From Saccharospirillum sp. (GTDB lineage Bacteria > Pseudomonadota > Gammaproteobacteria > Pseudomonadales > Natronospirillaceae), in the NCBI GenBank assembly GCA_018402545.1, contig JAGYIL010000004.1, positions 224,422 through 288,421 of the forward strand: a stretch of DNA of 64,000 nucleotides, in the 5' to 3' direction. Positions 50,627-61,443 of this stretch are shown piece by piece. The first letter of the stretch is position 1. The number at the start of each line of letters is the position of its first letter. The notes beneath the pieces are model-generated. The model searched no databases. It was not told the origin of the DNA and worked only from the letters and a program-made list of their open reading frames with translations. A program made the translations under genes and the position numbers.

Positions 50627-52012
50627 TTGGCCAAATCGAAAACACAATTTGTATGCTCCGAGTGTGGAGCCGACTATTCCAAGTGGCAGGGCCAGTGTGG
50701 TGAATGCAAGGCCTGGAATACGCTGAAAGAGTTTCGTGAAGCCACCGGTGCGGCGGCGCGTCAGCCTAATTTTCAGGATGACAAGCGCACTGGCTTCAGC
50801 GGCAGTCGCAGTCAGATTCAGAAGCTGTCGGATGTCAGTCTGGAAGAGCAGGCGCGCATTCCGACCGGCATGGGCGAGTTCGACCGGGTGCTGGGCGGCG
50901 GGCTGGTCAGTGGCAGTGCAGTGTTGATAGGCGGTCATCCGGGCGCGGGTAAATCTACCTTGCTGTTACAAACTCTGTGCCATCTGGCGCGCCAGTTGCC
51001 GGTGCTCTATGTCTCCGGCGAAGAGTCGGTGCAGCAGATTGCCTTGCGCGCCCAGCGCCTGAACTTGCCGATGGATGCCTTGTCGATTCTGGCTGAGACC
51101 TCGGTGGCGTCCATTACCGAGACGGCTCAGGAAACCCGGCCGCGGATTCTGGTGATCGACTCCATTCAGGTGATGCACGCACCAGATGTCGAATCGGCCC
51201 CGGGCAGTGTCTCCCAGGTGCGCGAATCGGCCGCCTGGCTGACCCGTTTTGCCAAGCAGACAGGTACCGTGCTGATTCTGGTCGGCCATGTCACCAAAGA
51301 TGGCAGCCTGGCCGGGCCCAAGGTGCTGGAGCATATGATTGATGCCTCGGTCATGCTGGAGAGTTCCGGCGACAGCCGCTTTCGTACCCTGCGCGCCATC
51401 AAGAACCGCTTTGGCGCGGTTAACGAGCTGGGTGTTTTCGCCATGCTCGATGTGGGGCTGAAAGAGGTGAAAAACCCGAGCTCGATCTTTCTGAACAAGA
51501 GTAGCGAGCCATCGCCCGGCTCGGTGGTGACCGTGGTTTGGGAAGGTACCCGGCCGTTGCTGATCGAGCTGCAGGCGCTGGTTGATGGCACCAGCATGGG
51601 CCACCCCCGGCGTATCGCGGTGGGGCTCGATACCAACCGCTTGTCGATGATACTCGCCATTCTGAACCGTCACGGTGGCGTGTTTACCGGTGACCAGGAT
51701 GTGTTTCTCAACGTGGTCGGCGGGGTGCGGGTCACCGAAACCAGTGCGGATCTGGCGACCTTGCTGGCGGTGGTATCGAGTCTGCGCGACAAACCCCTGC
51801 CCAAAGACTGGGTGGTGTTTGGCGAACTGGGGTTGAACGGTGAGTTACGCCCGGTGCCCAATGGCCTCGAGCGCATCACCGAAGCGGCCAAACACGGCTT
51901 TCGCAAGGCCATTGTTCCGAAAGCCAATGCGCCGAAAAAGCCGATCGAGGGCATGACCGTGATCGGCGCGAATCGGCTGGATGACGTGTTCAGTGCCTGG
52001 GCGGATGTATAG
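50627..52012 (+). CDS. radA: DNA repair protein RadA (Sms)
   Basis: TTG start 7 nt after aagagg. Zinc finger FVCSECGADYSKWQGQCGECKAWNT, Walker A GGHPGAGKST, KNRFG motif, and a Lon-like C-terminus. Confidence 0.95.
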   Translation: MAKSKTQFVCSECGADYSKWQGQCGECKAWNTLKEFREATGAAARQPNFQDDKRTGFSGSRSQIQKLSDVSLEEQARIPTGMGEFDRVLGGGLVSGSAVLIGGHPGAGKSTLLLQTLCHLARQLPVLYVSGEESVQQIALRAQRLNLPMDALSILAETSVASITETAQETRPRILVIDSIQVMHAPDVESAPGSVSQVRESAAWLTRFAKQTGTVLILVGHVTKDGSLAGPKVLEHMIDASVMLESSGDSRFRTLRAIKNRFGAVNELGVFAMLDVGLKEVKNPSSIFLNKSSEPSPGSVVTVVWEGTRPLLIELQALVDGTSMGHPRRIAVGLDTNRLSMILAILNRHGGVFTGDQDVFLNVVGGVRVTETSADLATLLAVVSSLRDKPLPKDWVVFGELGLNGELRPVPNGLERITEAAKHGFRKAIVPKANAPKKPIEGMTVIGANRLDDVFSAWADV

Positions 52013-52036
52013 TCGCCAGGGGTGAAGTCGCGAAGG

Positions 52037-52318
52037 TTAGTCTTTTAGCAGCGCATCCCGGTAGGCTTGTGCCTGGGTGTGGTCTCGCAGAATGTCGGCG
52101 AGGGTCTGGCCTTCGAGGTTGGTGGCATTCAGGTTGCGGCCCCGTTCCCGGAACAGGGTGACAAAGCGCTCGAAGGTCTCCTCGTTCATGCGAGTATAAG
52201 CCCGGTAAAGGCAGTGGAAATCCGGGTCTGTGCCATCATAAGTAGTGAAATTGAGGTAGTCTTCAAGGTGGGCTTCACCCCAGACTTCACCTTCAACCCG
52301 TTTTTTATCGCGTTTCAT
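52037..52318 (-). CDS. small conserved hypothetical protein
   Basis: Start at MKRDKK (52318). 93 aa, protein-like composition. Family not confidently recognised. Confidence 0.5.
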   Translation of the reverse strand: MKRDKKRVEGEVWGEAHLEDYLNFTTYDGTDPDFHCLYRAYTRMNEETFERFVTLFRERGRNLNATNLEGQTLADILRDHTQAQAYRDALLKD

Positions 52319-52666
52319 GAAAGGTCCTTGCTGGTTTGGCCAGGGAGCGCGCAGCGGTCGCACTTTCTGGACTCGAAAACGAGTGTGTATGGTCCGGAAC
52401 GCCGGTAACCGGTCCGACCCGTCAGAGTATAAGGCAACGAAGTTTAAGGTTATAAATGGTTCGCGTGAAATTACTTTTAAGAATATGGCAAGAGGGAGCC
52501 GCTATATCATCCGGCCAGAGCAGATGCTTCAGCCGGGGTTCAGCAGAGCCGGGTAGGCTGATAGCCATGTTTCAATGCCCAGAACGCCGGGCGTTCTGGT
52601 TCAGGAGCTAAGATTATTTTTCATCGTCGACACAACAGTCGATACCTCAGCATTCGGGCTCTGGGA

Positions 52667-54415
52667 GTGAGCACGGTGCTGTTGTTTGCGGCGCTGGTAC
52701 CGACTCAGGCAGCTGAACTGCCCACTGTCGCGCGCAATGATATCGAGGTGTCACCGGGCAACCGGGGCCTGCGCAACGACCTGCGCGATCAATTACAGGG
52801 CTATCGGGACTCCTTGCGTTCGATTGGCCTGAACCCCCGTGCCAGCCGGCTGGCCCAGGGCGAACGCGAACAGATGCGCCAGGTGCTGGAGTCCAATGGC
52901 TACTATGAAGCCGAGATCATTCATCGGGTCATTGAAGAAGCCGGAGAGACCGAAGGCGAAGTGCAGGAGCGGGTGCAATACCGCATTGATACCGGCCCGG
53001 AGTATCGGGTACTGGATGTTCGGGTTGAAGGCGTTGAAGTGACCTTGCCTGACACCTGGCCGCTGTCCGGCGAGGGCGAACCTCTGGTGGCCGAGGCGAT
53101 TCTGGCCGACCAGTCAGAATTGCAAACCATCATTGATAGCGATAGCTGTTATTTTACCCTGAACGTCAGCCACGAGGTGCGTTTGCAGCCAGAGAACGAC
53201 GGCGGCGAGGTAACCTACCAGGTCAGTGCGGCCGACCCCTCTACTCAGGGTAAGGTGTCCTTTACTGGGCAGGAAGGCGTCGATGAAGCGTTTTTGCGCC
53301 GCCAGACGGCCCTGCGCGAGGGCGTTTGTTTTAGCCGCGCCAATATCGACCAGGCCATCATCAATCTTTATGAAACCCAGTTATTCGCCTCAGTCCGGCG
53401 GAATCTGAATCGCTCTGAGGATGGCTCGGTCGATGTGAGTTTTGAGCTGACCCAGCGCGAGCCCCGAACGCTCAGCGCCGGTATCGGCTGGGACACAGAC
53501 CAGGGCATTGGCCTGAATGCCGGCTGGGAGCACCGCAACCTGGCAGGGCGAGCGCAATGGCTGGAGCTGGGCGCTGAATTGCAACGGGATCGCCAGAGCG
53601 GCAATATTCAGCTTACGCTGCCCGGCTTTCTGGACGCGCGCAACACCCTGGTTTGGAACAATACCCTCACCCACGAAACGCCGGACGACGATGAGTTCTA
53701 CATCGGCGAGAGCCGGGCCACCATCGACCGGCGCGCCTCGCGCAACGATACATACCGCTACGGTGTTGCCTACCGGCGCAGTGATGAGCGGGTGGGCGAT
53801 GAATGGAATACCTTCAGCCTGATCCGGATCCCGCTGGCCTATGAATACGATTCAGTCCCCAACGACTTCAACCCCCAGAAAGGGTTGCGCTACAGCGTAG
53901 GTCTTGAGCCAGTGTGGAGCCTGAATGGTTCGAGCGACCCGTTTTACGTCGGAGAACTCGGGTGGTCCAGTTTTCGCGATCTGACCGACGAGCTGGTGCT
54001 CGCGAATCGACTGGAGTGGACATCGCTCTGGCCTTTTAACGACTCGGCCGATCTCAATCGCATTCCCACCTCAGATCGACTGCTGGGCGGTGGCGGTGGC
54101 TCCGCGCGGGGTTACCCCTACCGTTCTATTGGCCTTGAAGGCAGTGATGTGGGCGGTACCCATCAGTGGCAGGGCAGCCTGGAGTTGCGCGGTCAGCTGA
54201 GCGAGAACTGGGGCGCGGTCATCTTTGGCGATGCTGTCAGCATCAGCGAAGACTGGAACCCGGCCGAACAACCCGACTGGTACTACGGCGCCGGCTTTGG
54301 CGTGCGTTATTTTACCCGCTTTGCGCCCATTCGCTTTGATCTGGGCTTCCCCATTAACGGGCGCGACAGTGATCCCGCGTTTCAGATCTACATCAGCCTC
54401 GGGCAGTCGTTCTGA
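52667..54415 (+). CDS. tamA: translocation and assembly module outer-membrane subunit TamA (Omp85 family)
   Basis: 582-aa ORF. POTRA-like N-terminal repeats, a C-terminal beta-barrel ending ...ISLGQSF, and ATGA coupling to tamB. GTG start is uncertain because the signal peptide lacks a basic n-region. Confidence 0.8.
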   Translation: MSTVLLFAALVPTQAAELPTVARNDIEVSPGNRGLRNDLRDQLQGYRDSLRSIGLNPRASRLAQGEREQMRQVLESNGYYEAEIIHRVIEEAGETEGEVQERVQYRIDTGPEYRVLDVRVEGVEVTLPDTWPLSGEGEPLVAEAILADQSELQTIIDSDSCYFTLNVSHEVRLQPENDGGEVTYQVSAADPSTQGKVSFTGQEGVDEAFLRRQTALREGVCFSRANIDQAIINLYETQLFASVRRNLNRSEDGSVDVSFELTQREPRTLSAGIGWDTDQGIGLNAGWEHRNLAGRAQWLELGAELQRDRQSGNIQLTLPGFLDARNTLVWNNTLTHETPDDDEFYIGESRATIDRRASRNDTYRYGVAYRRSDERVGDEWNTFSLIRIPLAYEYDSVPNDFNPQKGLRYSVGLEPVWSLNGSSDPFYVGELGWSSFRDLTDELVLANRLEWTSLWPFNDSADLNRIPTSDRLLGGGGGSARGYPYRSIGLEGSDVGGTHQWQGSLELRGQLSENWGAVIFGDAVSISEDWNPAEQPDWYYGAGFGVRYFTRFAPIRFDLGFPINGRDSDPAFQIYISLGQSF

Positions 54416-57400
54416 TGGCGATTCGACTGCGCACCGTGGCCCGCCGCGCCTGGCTCATTGCTCTGGGCACGCTCGTTGGCCTGGTTCTGATTCTGGCCCT
54501 GGGGCTGGCGTTTCTGCTCGGCACCGAGACCGGCCGATTAACACTGCTGGCGCAAGCCGAACGCTGGTTGCCCGTGTTTGTGGGCCAGACTCTGCGCATC
54601 GAAAATCCACACTGGGCAACGCTGGATGAACTGAGCTTCGATCGCCTCACCTATCAAGCCGGCGATAACGGCCTGAGCGTGGATGTCGTGGCCGGTAACC
54701 TGCAATGGCAGCCACAATACAGCTGGCAGCGCCGGGTCTGGATCGATGCGCTGACAGCAGACCAGGTGCGTGTTGAGGTGCCCGAAGGCTCTGCTACCGA
54801 ACCGGAACCGGATGCTGCAGCACCTGCCGATCCGCTCGGGCAGTTGCAGGCAGTCTGGAATCGCATTCCTCCAATTCAGCTGGCACAGCTGTCTATTGCC
54901 GACTTTGAACTAAACCTGCCGGGCCGGGAGCCGATGCGCACCGCCATTGACGCCGATGCGGAAATCAACTGGGGCAGTTGGCCGGCGCGCCTGTCACTGG
55001 CGTTGACCGAAGGCGATGATCAGGCCGTGTCGGCATCGGTCACCGTGGATGCGGTCGATTCGCTGAGCATCCGCGGCGATCTGAATGCTGCCGCTGACGG
55101 TTCCTGGGCAAACTGGATTGACTGGCCGCTGGACGAACCCCTGGTCGGCGAATGGGATCTGCGCCTGAGCCAGGTTGAATCCCAGTGGCGTGCAGACATC
55201 GAAATGCTAACACTGCCTTGGCGCGAACACCGCCTGGGCATTACCGGCCAGGTCAGCTACAGCCCGGCCGATTCGCGGCTTTATCTGTCGCCACTGAATG
55301 CGGATATCGATGGCCAGGCGGCGCGGCTCAGCGGCTACGTCGGGCCACGCCGGGCAGACCTCGACATCGAGGCCGACGCGTTGCCGCTGGCGCTGTTGAA
55401 CGATGTCATTCCGGTATCCGACCTCTCTGGTACTGTATCCGTTGCCGGTCAGTTGACCGGTGGCTGGCAGCAACCCCAGTTCGACGGCAATGCACAGTTG
55501 GAGGGACGTCTGCGCGGTGATCCGCTTAGCATTAACACCGAAAGCCGGGCTACGGCCACCGGGGTCGAGATCGACTCCGCCGAGGTAAGCTGGGGTGAGG
55601 CCAGGGTCGAAGCGAATGGCCAGGTGCAATGGGCCTCCCGGGAACTGGACCTGGCACTGGCCTGGGAAGACCTCGATCAAAGCCGCTGGCAGCCCTGGGT
55701 AGCCGCCTGGCCGGAGGCTCTGACTCTGAATACCGGCGGTGAGGGTCGCATGACCGGCACCTTCGACGACCCGCAGTTCGGAGGGCGTATCGAAACCGCG
55801 GGGAGCTACCAGCAGGAACCTTTCGAATTATCGACTGACCTGAGCGCCAGCCGGGAACAGCTTGAGCTGAGCAATACCCGCCTGGCGACCGAAGCGGGCG
55901 ACATCAATGCCCAGGGCCAATTACAGCTGGATACCCTGGCGCTGGAAGCGACGACAGAACTGATCGATATCCGCTCCAGCTGGCTGCAAGTGGCCGGTGT
56001 CGATCTGCCGGTTGAACAGGACTGGGGCGCGAGCGGCCAACTGCAATGGAGCGGGACCGCGACTGACCCGGTCGCCAGCGGCGAGCTGAACCTGGAAGGC
56101 CGGTGGCAAAACCAGACGCTGGCAGCAGCATTGCAGATAGAGCGCTTCGACCTGACCCGGGTGCAACTCGGGCAGAGCCGGATACAACTGGCCGACACCG
56201 AAACAGAGCTGGCCGGGGAGATTAACTGGCATCAGCAGTCACTGGACCTGAACGCCCGGGTCGGCGCCTTGCGCCTGGCGACCCTTCGCCCCTTTCTGCC
56301 TGCCTTGCCCGACCTGCTTGCTGACCTGACCGGCAACACCACCGGTGAAGTTCAGGTATCGGGCGCCTGGCTGGAGCCGGCCGTAACAGCCGATCTGGTA
56401 TTCGAGGGTCGCTGGCTCGACCAGCCGGTCAGGGCAGCGGCCGATATATCCGCACAGAACCGCGAGCGCTGGCAGATTCGTCAGGCCAGTCTCGACTGGT
56501 CCGAACTCGGCGTGTCCTTTAGCGGTGAGGTACAACCCTTTGCCCGCCAGATTGACGGTGACTATGCCATCAGTGATCTAACGCTCGACGATGTGCGCCG
56601 GCTGCCCTTTGCTCTGCCTGAAACCCTGACCTCTTTGACCGGCCGTGCCGGGGCGGAAGGCCGTATTGAAGGCGATTTGACCGCGCCGACGGTCACCGCT
56701 GAGCTGGACTTCGACGGCGAATTCGAGAACACGCCGCTGACGTTAACGGCCTCGGTTACCGAGTTGACGCCCGGGCAACTGACGCTCGCTTCGCTGGCAC
56801 TGCGATCGGGTGACAGCCAGTTAACGGCTTCCGGCTTGGTTGAGCTGTCGCCCCTGACGTTCGATATCGACACCGAGCTGACCAACCTCGGTTGGGATCA
56901 GATAACGCCCTGGCTGCCCGAGAACGATACTCTGGCGCTGGATTCCCTCAGCGGTGAGAGCTCTGCCCGTGTCAGCCTGGAAGGTAGCTGGCCGAATCTC
57001 GCCATAGAAGGCCAGGTTCAGTCCCGGGGTGAGTATCTGGGTGATGATTACGACCTCGACTGGCAGGGCAGCGGTACCCTGGGCGACCGGCTCATGCATC
57101 AGGCCGAGGTAAGCTGGGGCTCGGCCTTGCTGCAACTGGACCTGGAAAACCAGGGTGACCAGATTGAAGGCGATGCCCGTTTGTCGAGGGTGTCGTTGCA
57201 ACGGCTGCGGGCACTGGGGTTGCCCCTCAATGACGAGCTCAATGGTGAAATCAACGGGCAGGCGACTATTGCAGGCGCCATGACTGACCCTGAAGTCGAC
57301 ATCGAACTGAACGCCGGTGGTGAGTGGGCCGGCTTTATGGTGAACGGCAATGGCAACGATCGCTGGAAGCTGAATCTGGTGGCCGCCGGCAGGATGGATG

Positions 57401-59094
57401 ACTGGCAGATCACCACCGCCTATGCCGACCTCGGCCCGGGCGGTGAGGTTCGGGTAAGCGGCAAGGGCACGCGTCGTTCTGTTGATTTGCAGGCTGAGCT
57501 GTCGGTTCCCGAAACCGAACGCTGGCTGGGCAGCAACAGCACCTGGGCTGGCAGCCTGGACGGCGTGTTGCAGGTATCGGGAACCCCCGATGAGCCTGCA
57601 GTGTCAGCCGAACTGGAATGGGTATCAAACCAGTGGCCACTGGACGTGCAAGTAGAGGTGTCGACCGACTCGGGCCGCCACCACCTGCAGGCCAGGGTGC
57701 GCGAATCACAAGCGCAGCGCCTGCTGCTCGATCTGAGTACTGAACAGACCGCACTGGCTGACTGGGCAGGCCCAATTTACCGGAGACCCTTTACCGCCGA
57801 AGCCGAGCTGGCCCTGAATGCCACCGTGCTGGAACCGCTGCTGCGCAACCGCCCCGATCAGGATTTCACCGGCAATGTAGATGGTCAGTTGTCGGTCTCG
57901 GGCACACTGGTGCGTCCGGAATGGATGGGCAGCATTCAACTCAGCGATGGCCGCTATGAAAACGCAGCGAGTGGTGCCGTGCTGGCTGACATGAGTGCCG
58001 AGCTCACGGCCAGTAATCGCACGCTGCAGTTCAACATGAACGCCAACGATACCAACGGCGGCGACGTCACCCTGGGCGGTGATGTGAACTGGCCGGAAAA
58101 TCGCGAGGTCTGGTGGATGCCGGAACTGGACCTGGAATTCGATGCCAACAACGCGCGCCTGGTGCGCCGTGCCGATGTAGACGCCACCATCGACGGTGCC
58201 ATCACCGTCACCGGCCCCTGGCGTGATTTGCGCATCGAGGGCTTGCTCGATGTCTCCCCGCTGATTATTCAGCTCAATTCACTGCTGCAGAGTGGTGCTC
58301 CAACGCTCAATGTCATTCGCGACGCCGAGCAGGAAGCAGCCGAGGAAGAAGCACGGCAACGAAGTGCCTTCGCGCCAGACGGGCAATGGGAAGTGAGGCT
58401 TAGGGCTGAGCGCCGTGCGCAAATATACGGCCAGGGCCTGGCGGCGGAATTGTCGGGTGAACTCGACATTACCGATGACCTGGCAGACCCGCAGATAGGC
58501 GGACGCTTTCAGGTGATTCGCGGTACCTACACCGCGTTCGGGAAAAACTTCGAGATTGAGCGCGGTAACATTCAAGTGCAGGGCAGTCAGCTGTTGCTGG
58601 ATATTCTCGCCGTTTACGAAGGGCCTGATATCACCGTTAACCTGAACATTCAGGGCACGCAAAATCAGCTGAGTCTGAACCTGACATCAACTCCGTCGCT
58701 GTCGAATGATGAACTGCTGGCGCGTTTACTCTTTGGTCGCAGCATTGCTGAAATGTCGGCTTTGCAGGCTGTGCAACTGGCAGCGGCGCTGAACAGTCTG
58801 CGCAACCCCGGCAGTGGGCTGGATGTCTTTGGCACCACCCGCGATCTGCTCGGGCTCGATGCACTGACACTCGACAGTGGCACCAACGAGGAAGGCGAAT
58901 CCGGTGTAAATGTGCAGGCGGGCAAGTACCTCAGTGACCGAATTTATCTGGAAGTGGAATCGGGTGTGGGTGCTGAGCAGGGCCTGGAAGGCAGTTTGCA
59001 ATTTCAACTGACGCCGCGCATCAACGCCGAACTCTATACCCGCGGGCAATTTGGTGCCGGTGGCGTTGAACTGAACTGGAAAAACGATTATTGA
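54415..59094 (+). CDS. tamB: translocation and assembly module inner-membrane-anchored subunit TamB (DUF490)
   Basis: 1559-aa ORF. N-terminal TM anchor, a long beta-rich repetitive body, and a C-terminal DUF490-like region (...LSNDELLARLLFGR...GKYLSDRIYL...). Confidence 0.85.
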   Translation: MAIRLRTVARRAWLIALGTLVGLVLILALGLAFLLGTETGRLTLLAQAERWLPVFVGQTLRIENPHWATLDELSFDRLTYQAGDNGLSVDVVAGNLQWQPQYSWQRRVWIDALTADQVRVEVPEGSATEPEPDAAAPADPLGQLQAVWNRIPPIQLAQLSIADFELNLPGREPMRTAIDADAEINWGSWPARLSLALTEGDDQAVSASVTVDAVDSLSIRGDLNAAADGSWANWIDWPLDEPLVGEWDLRLSQVESQWRADIEMLTLPWREHRLGITGQVSYSPADSRLYLSPLNADIDGQAARLSGYVGPRRADLDIEADALPLALLNDVIPVSDLSGTVSVAGQLTGGWQQPQFDGNAQLEGRLRGDPLSINTESRATATGVEIDSAEVSWGEARVEANGQVQWASRELDLALAWEDLDQSRWQPWVAAWPEALTLNTGGEGRMTGTFDDPQFGGRIETAGSYQQEPFELSTDLSASREQLELSNTRLATEAGDINAQGQLQLDTLALEATTELIDIRSSWLQVAGVDLPVEQDWGASGQLQWSGTATDPVASGELNLEGRWQNQTLAAALQIERFDLTRVQLGQSRIQLADTETELAGEINWHQQSLDLNARVGALRLATLRPFLPALPDLLADLTGNTTGEVQVSGAWLEPAVTADLVFEGRWLDQPVRAAADISAQNRERWQIRQASLDWSELGVSFSGEVQPFARQIDGDYAISDLTLDDVRRLPFALPETLTSLTGRAGAEGRIEGDLTAPTVTAELDFDGEFENTPLTLTASVTELTPGQLTLASLALRSGDSQLTASGLVELSPLTFDIDTELTNLGWDQITPWLPENDTLALDSLSGESSARVSLEGSWPNLAIEGQVQSRGEYLGDDYDLDWQGSGTLGDRLMHQAEVSWGSALLQLDLENQGDQIEGDARLSRVSLQRLRALGLPLNDELNGEINGQATIAGAMTDPEVDIELNAGGEWAGFMVNGNGNDRWKLNLVAAGRMDDWQITTAYADLGPGGEVRVSGKGTRRSVDLQAELSVPETERWLGSNSTWAGSLDGVLQVSGTPDEPAVSAELEWVSNQWPLDVQVEVSTDSGRHHLQARVRESQAQRLLLDLSTEQTALADWAGPIYRRPFTAEAELALNATVLEPLLRNRPDQDFTGNVDGQLSVSGTLVRPEWMGSIQLSDGRYENAASGAVLADMSAELTASNRTLQFNMNANDTNGGDVTLGGDVNWPENREVWWMPELDLEFDANNARLVRRADVDATIDGAITVTGPWRDLRIEGLLDVSPLIIQLNSLLQSGAPTLNVIRDAEQEAAEEEARQRSAFAPDGQWEVRLRAERRAQIYGQGLAAELSGELDITDDLADPQIGGRFQVIRGTYTAFGKNFEIERGNIQVQGSQLLLDILAVYEGPDITVNLNIQGTQNQLSLNLTSTPSLSNDELLARLLFGRSIAEMSALQAVQLAAALNSLRNPGSGLDVFGTTRDLLGLDALTLDSGTNEEGESGVNVQAGKYLSDRIYLEVESGVGAEQGLEGSLQFQLTPRINAELYTRGQFGAGGVELNWKNDY

Positions 59095-59122
59095 CGAAGG
59101 ACCTTCCTAATCAGTCAGGCAT

Positions 59123-59146
59123 AAAAAAGGCGGCCAATCGGCCGCC
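59123..59146 (-). terminator. rho-independent terminator of the small acidic lipoprotein gene
   Basis: On the - strand: ggcggcc-gatt-ggccgcc followed by TTTTTT. Confidence 0.7.
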
Positions 59147-59166
59147 GAACTCACACTAGAAACTGT

Positions 59167-59364
59167 TCAATCTTCAATTTCGTCTTCAGCTTCTTCGATC
59201 GAATCGCCGATCGCATCGCCACTGTCTTCAACGGCATCGCCTGCATTGTCGGCGGCTTCTTCAACGGCATCGGCTGCCTGTTCACCTTCGCTTGGTTCAT
59301 CGCAAGCGGCAAGACCCAGTGCAAACATCAGGGCCAGTAACGTCGTTAATATTGGGCTTTTCAT
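59167..59364 (-). CDS. small highly acidic lipoprotein
   Basis: Start at MKSPIL (59364) after ggag. Lipobox LAAC. Mature ~45 aa are ~50% Asp/Glu with a DA[VI][EG][ED]-like periodicity. Confidence 0.55.
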   Translation of the reverse strand: MKSPILTTLLALMFALGLAACDEPSEGEQAADAVEEAADNAGDAVEDSGDAIGDSIEEAEDEIED

Positions 59365-59697
59365 AAGCACTCCATTTTTTACATGCATGAATCGATGACC
59401 TGTCTCTAACCTGTGGGCCCGGCTGCAAAACCCAAGGGGTGTTCGCGAATACAAGGCTGCGGATATCCGGGGCTGCGACAGAGTGCACAGTTTTACGCCA
59501 CGCGATTTAACGGATGGACCTTTTTTGACGAAAAATTATCGGCTTGATCATTGTAGGGGTACAAACCACTTGGCTGGCACGGGGGCGTCACAGAATCAGA
59601 ACGTGAAGGGTGTATTAAATAGTGCGTCCGGCAGTAGCGAAAACCGCTGCATTTGCCTATTCTGGCCCGCCTGCCTTACCCGGTTATTGAGGTTATT

Positions 59698-61443
59698 GTG
59701 TCGGTTTTCTGGAAATTACGCTGGTTTTTCAAAGTCGAATGGCGCCGTTACTGCATTGCAGTGAGTGCTCTGGTCATCGTCGGTTTCGCGGTTCTGATCC
59801 CACCCTGGATCACCGGCCGGGTGGTTGATGGCATTGCCGAAGGGACACTCACACTGAACCAGCTCTGGCTGAACGTCGGTATTGTGCTTGGCGTCGCCGT
59901 CGTCAGTTATGTGATGCGTGTCGTTTGGCGGGTGTCGTTGTTCGGAGCCAGTTATGCACTCTCGAACCGCTTGCGTCGCGATATTTACCGGCACCTGACC
60001 CGCCAGTCCTCGTCTTTTTTTCAGAAACACAATACCGGCGATTTAATGGCGCGTGCCACCAATGACATTCAGGCGGTAGAAATGACCGCCGGTGAAGCGG
60101 TACTTGCCTTGTTTGATGGCGCACTGACCGGCATATTGGTATTAACAGTAATGACCACTCAAATTAGCTGGCAACTCACGCTCATTGCGCTGGTGCCCTG
60201 GCCCATCGTCGGCTTTTTCATGTGGCGTTTCGGTCAGGAATTGCACGCTTCATTCCGGCTGGCACAGGCCCGCTTCAGTGACTTGAACGACAAGGTTCAG
60301 GAAAGCATTTCCGGCATCCGGCTGATTCGTGCATTCGGCCGTGAAGGTGTCGAAGACGCACAGTTCAACGCCATTGCCCGCGAAGCCAATGCCGCCAATC
60401 TAGCGGTAGCCCGCACCGACAGTAAATACGACCCGGCCATTTCGCTGGCCGTGGGCATGTCGTTTTTTCTGAGTGTGGCTGGCGGTGCCTGGTTTATTGT
60501 GAACGATCAGTTAACCCTGGGTCAGCTGACCAGTTTTACGCTGTATCTGGGCTTCATGATCTGGCCCATGTTCGCCGTCGGCTGGATGCTGAACCTGGTC
60601 GAACGTGGCCAGGCGGCCTACGAACGCATCGATGAACTGATGCACACCGAACCGGACATCAAAGACAACGGCACCTTCACCGGCGATGCCGACGCCGCCA
60701 TTGACATGACTATTCACGCCTTTCAGCACACCCCTGAACAGCCGCCGGTGTTACAGGATCTGTCGCTGTCGATACAAGCCGGTGAACTGATCGGCATCGT
60801 CGGCCCAACCGGTGCCGGCAAATCAACGCTGCTCGATTTGCTGGCCCGTATGCAGGAAGGCGAGGGTGCAAACGTACAATTGGGCGGCCGGCCGGTCGCC
60901 GACTTCACGCTCGATAACTTGCGCCGGCATCTGTCGGTCGTGCCACAAACGCCGTTTTTGTTTACCGCCACCGTGGCAGAGAACATTGCGCTGGGGCAGC
61001 CGGATGCAAGCCGCGATGCCATCGAAGCCGCCGCCCGCATTGCCCAGATTCACGATGACATTCTGCGCTTCAGCGATGGCTATGAAACGCTCGTTGGCGA
61101 GCGCGGCGTAACACTCTCCGGCGGTCAGAAACAACGCGTCGCCATTGCCCGTGCCCTGTTGACCGATGCCCCGGTACTGGTACTCGACGATGCGCTCTCA
61201 GCTGTTGATGTGCGCACCGAGCAGGGCATTCTCTCTCACCTGAAAGCTGCCCGCGCCGGACGCACTACCCTGATCAGCTGTCACCGCCTTACGGCCATTG
61301 AAGAGGCCGACCAGATACTGGTGCTCGACCAGGGGCGTTGCATCGAACGCGGCACGCATCAGGAACTGCTGGCGCTGGGGGGCTGGTATCAGCGCACCTT
61401 TGCCTACCAGCAACTGGAACAAGTAGTGGAGGCGGGCCAATGA
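59698..61443 (+). CDS. mdlA: ABC exporter half-transporter (permease+ATPase), MdlA-like
   Basis: GTG 59698 after gagg. Collinear with E. coli MdlA (WRRY..., TGDLMARATND, TQISWQLTL, LTLGQLTSF). Walker A GPTGAGKST and signature LSGGQKQR. Confidence 0.85.
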   Translation: MSVFWKLRWFFKVEWRRYCIAVSALVIVGFAVLIPPWITGRVVDGIAEGTLTLNQLWLNVGIVLGVAVVSYVMRVVWRVSLFGASYALSNRLRRDIYRHLTRQSSSFFQKHNTGDLMARATNDIQAVEMTAGEAVLALFDGALTGILVLTVMTTQISWQLTLIALVPWPIVGFFMWRFGQELHASFRLAQARFSDLNDKVQESISGIRLIRAFGREGVEDAQFNAIAREANAANLAVARTDSKYDPAISLAVGMSFFLSVAGGAWFIVNDQLTLGQLTSFTLYLGFMIWPMFAVGWMLNLVERGQAAYERIDELMHTEPDIKDNGTFTGDADAAIDMTIHAFQHTPEQPPVLQDLSLSIQAGELIGIVGPTGAGKSTLLDLLARMQEGEGANVQLGGRPVADFTLDNLRRHLSVVPQTPFLFTATVAENIALGQPDASRDAIEAAARIAQIHDDILRFSDGYETLVGERGVTLSGGQKQRVAIARALLTDAPVLVLDDALSAVDVRTEQGILSHLKAARAGRTTLISCHRLTAIEEADQILVLDQGRCIERGTHQELLALGGWYQRTFAYQQLEQVVEAGQ

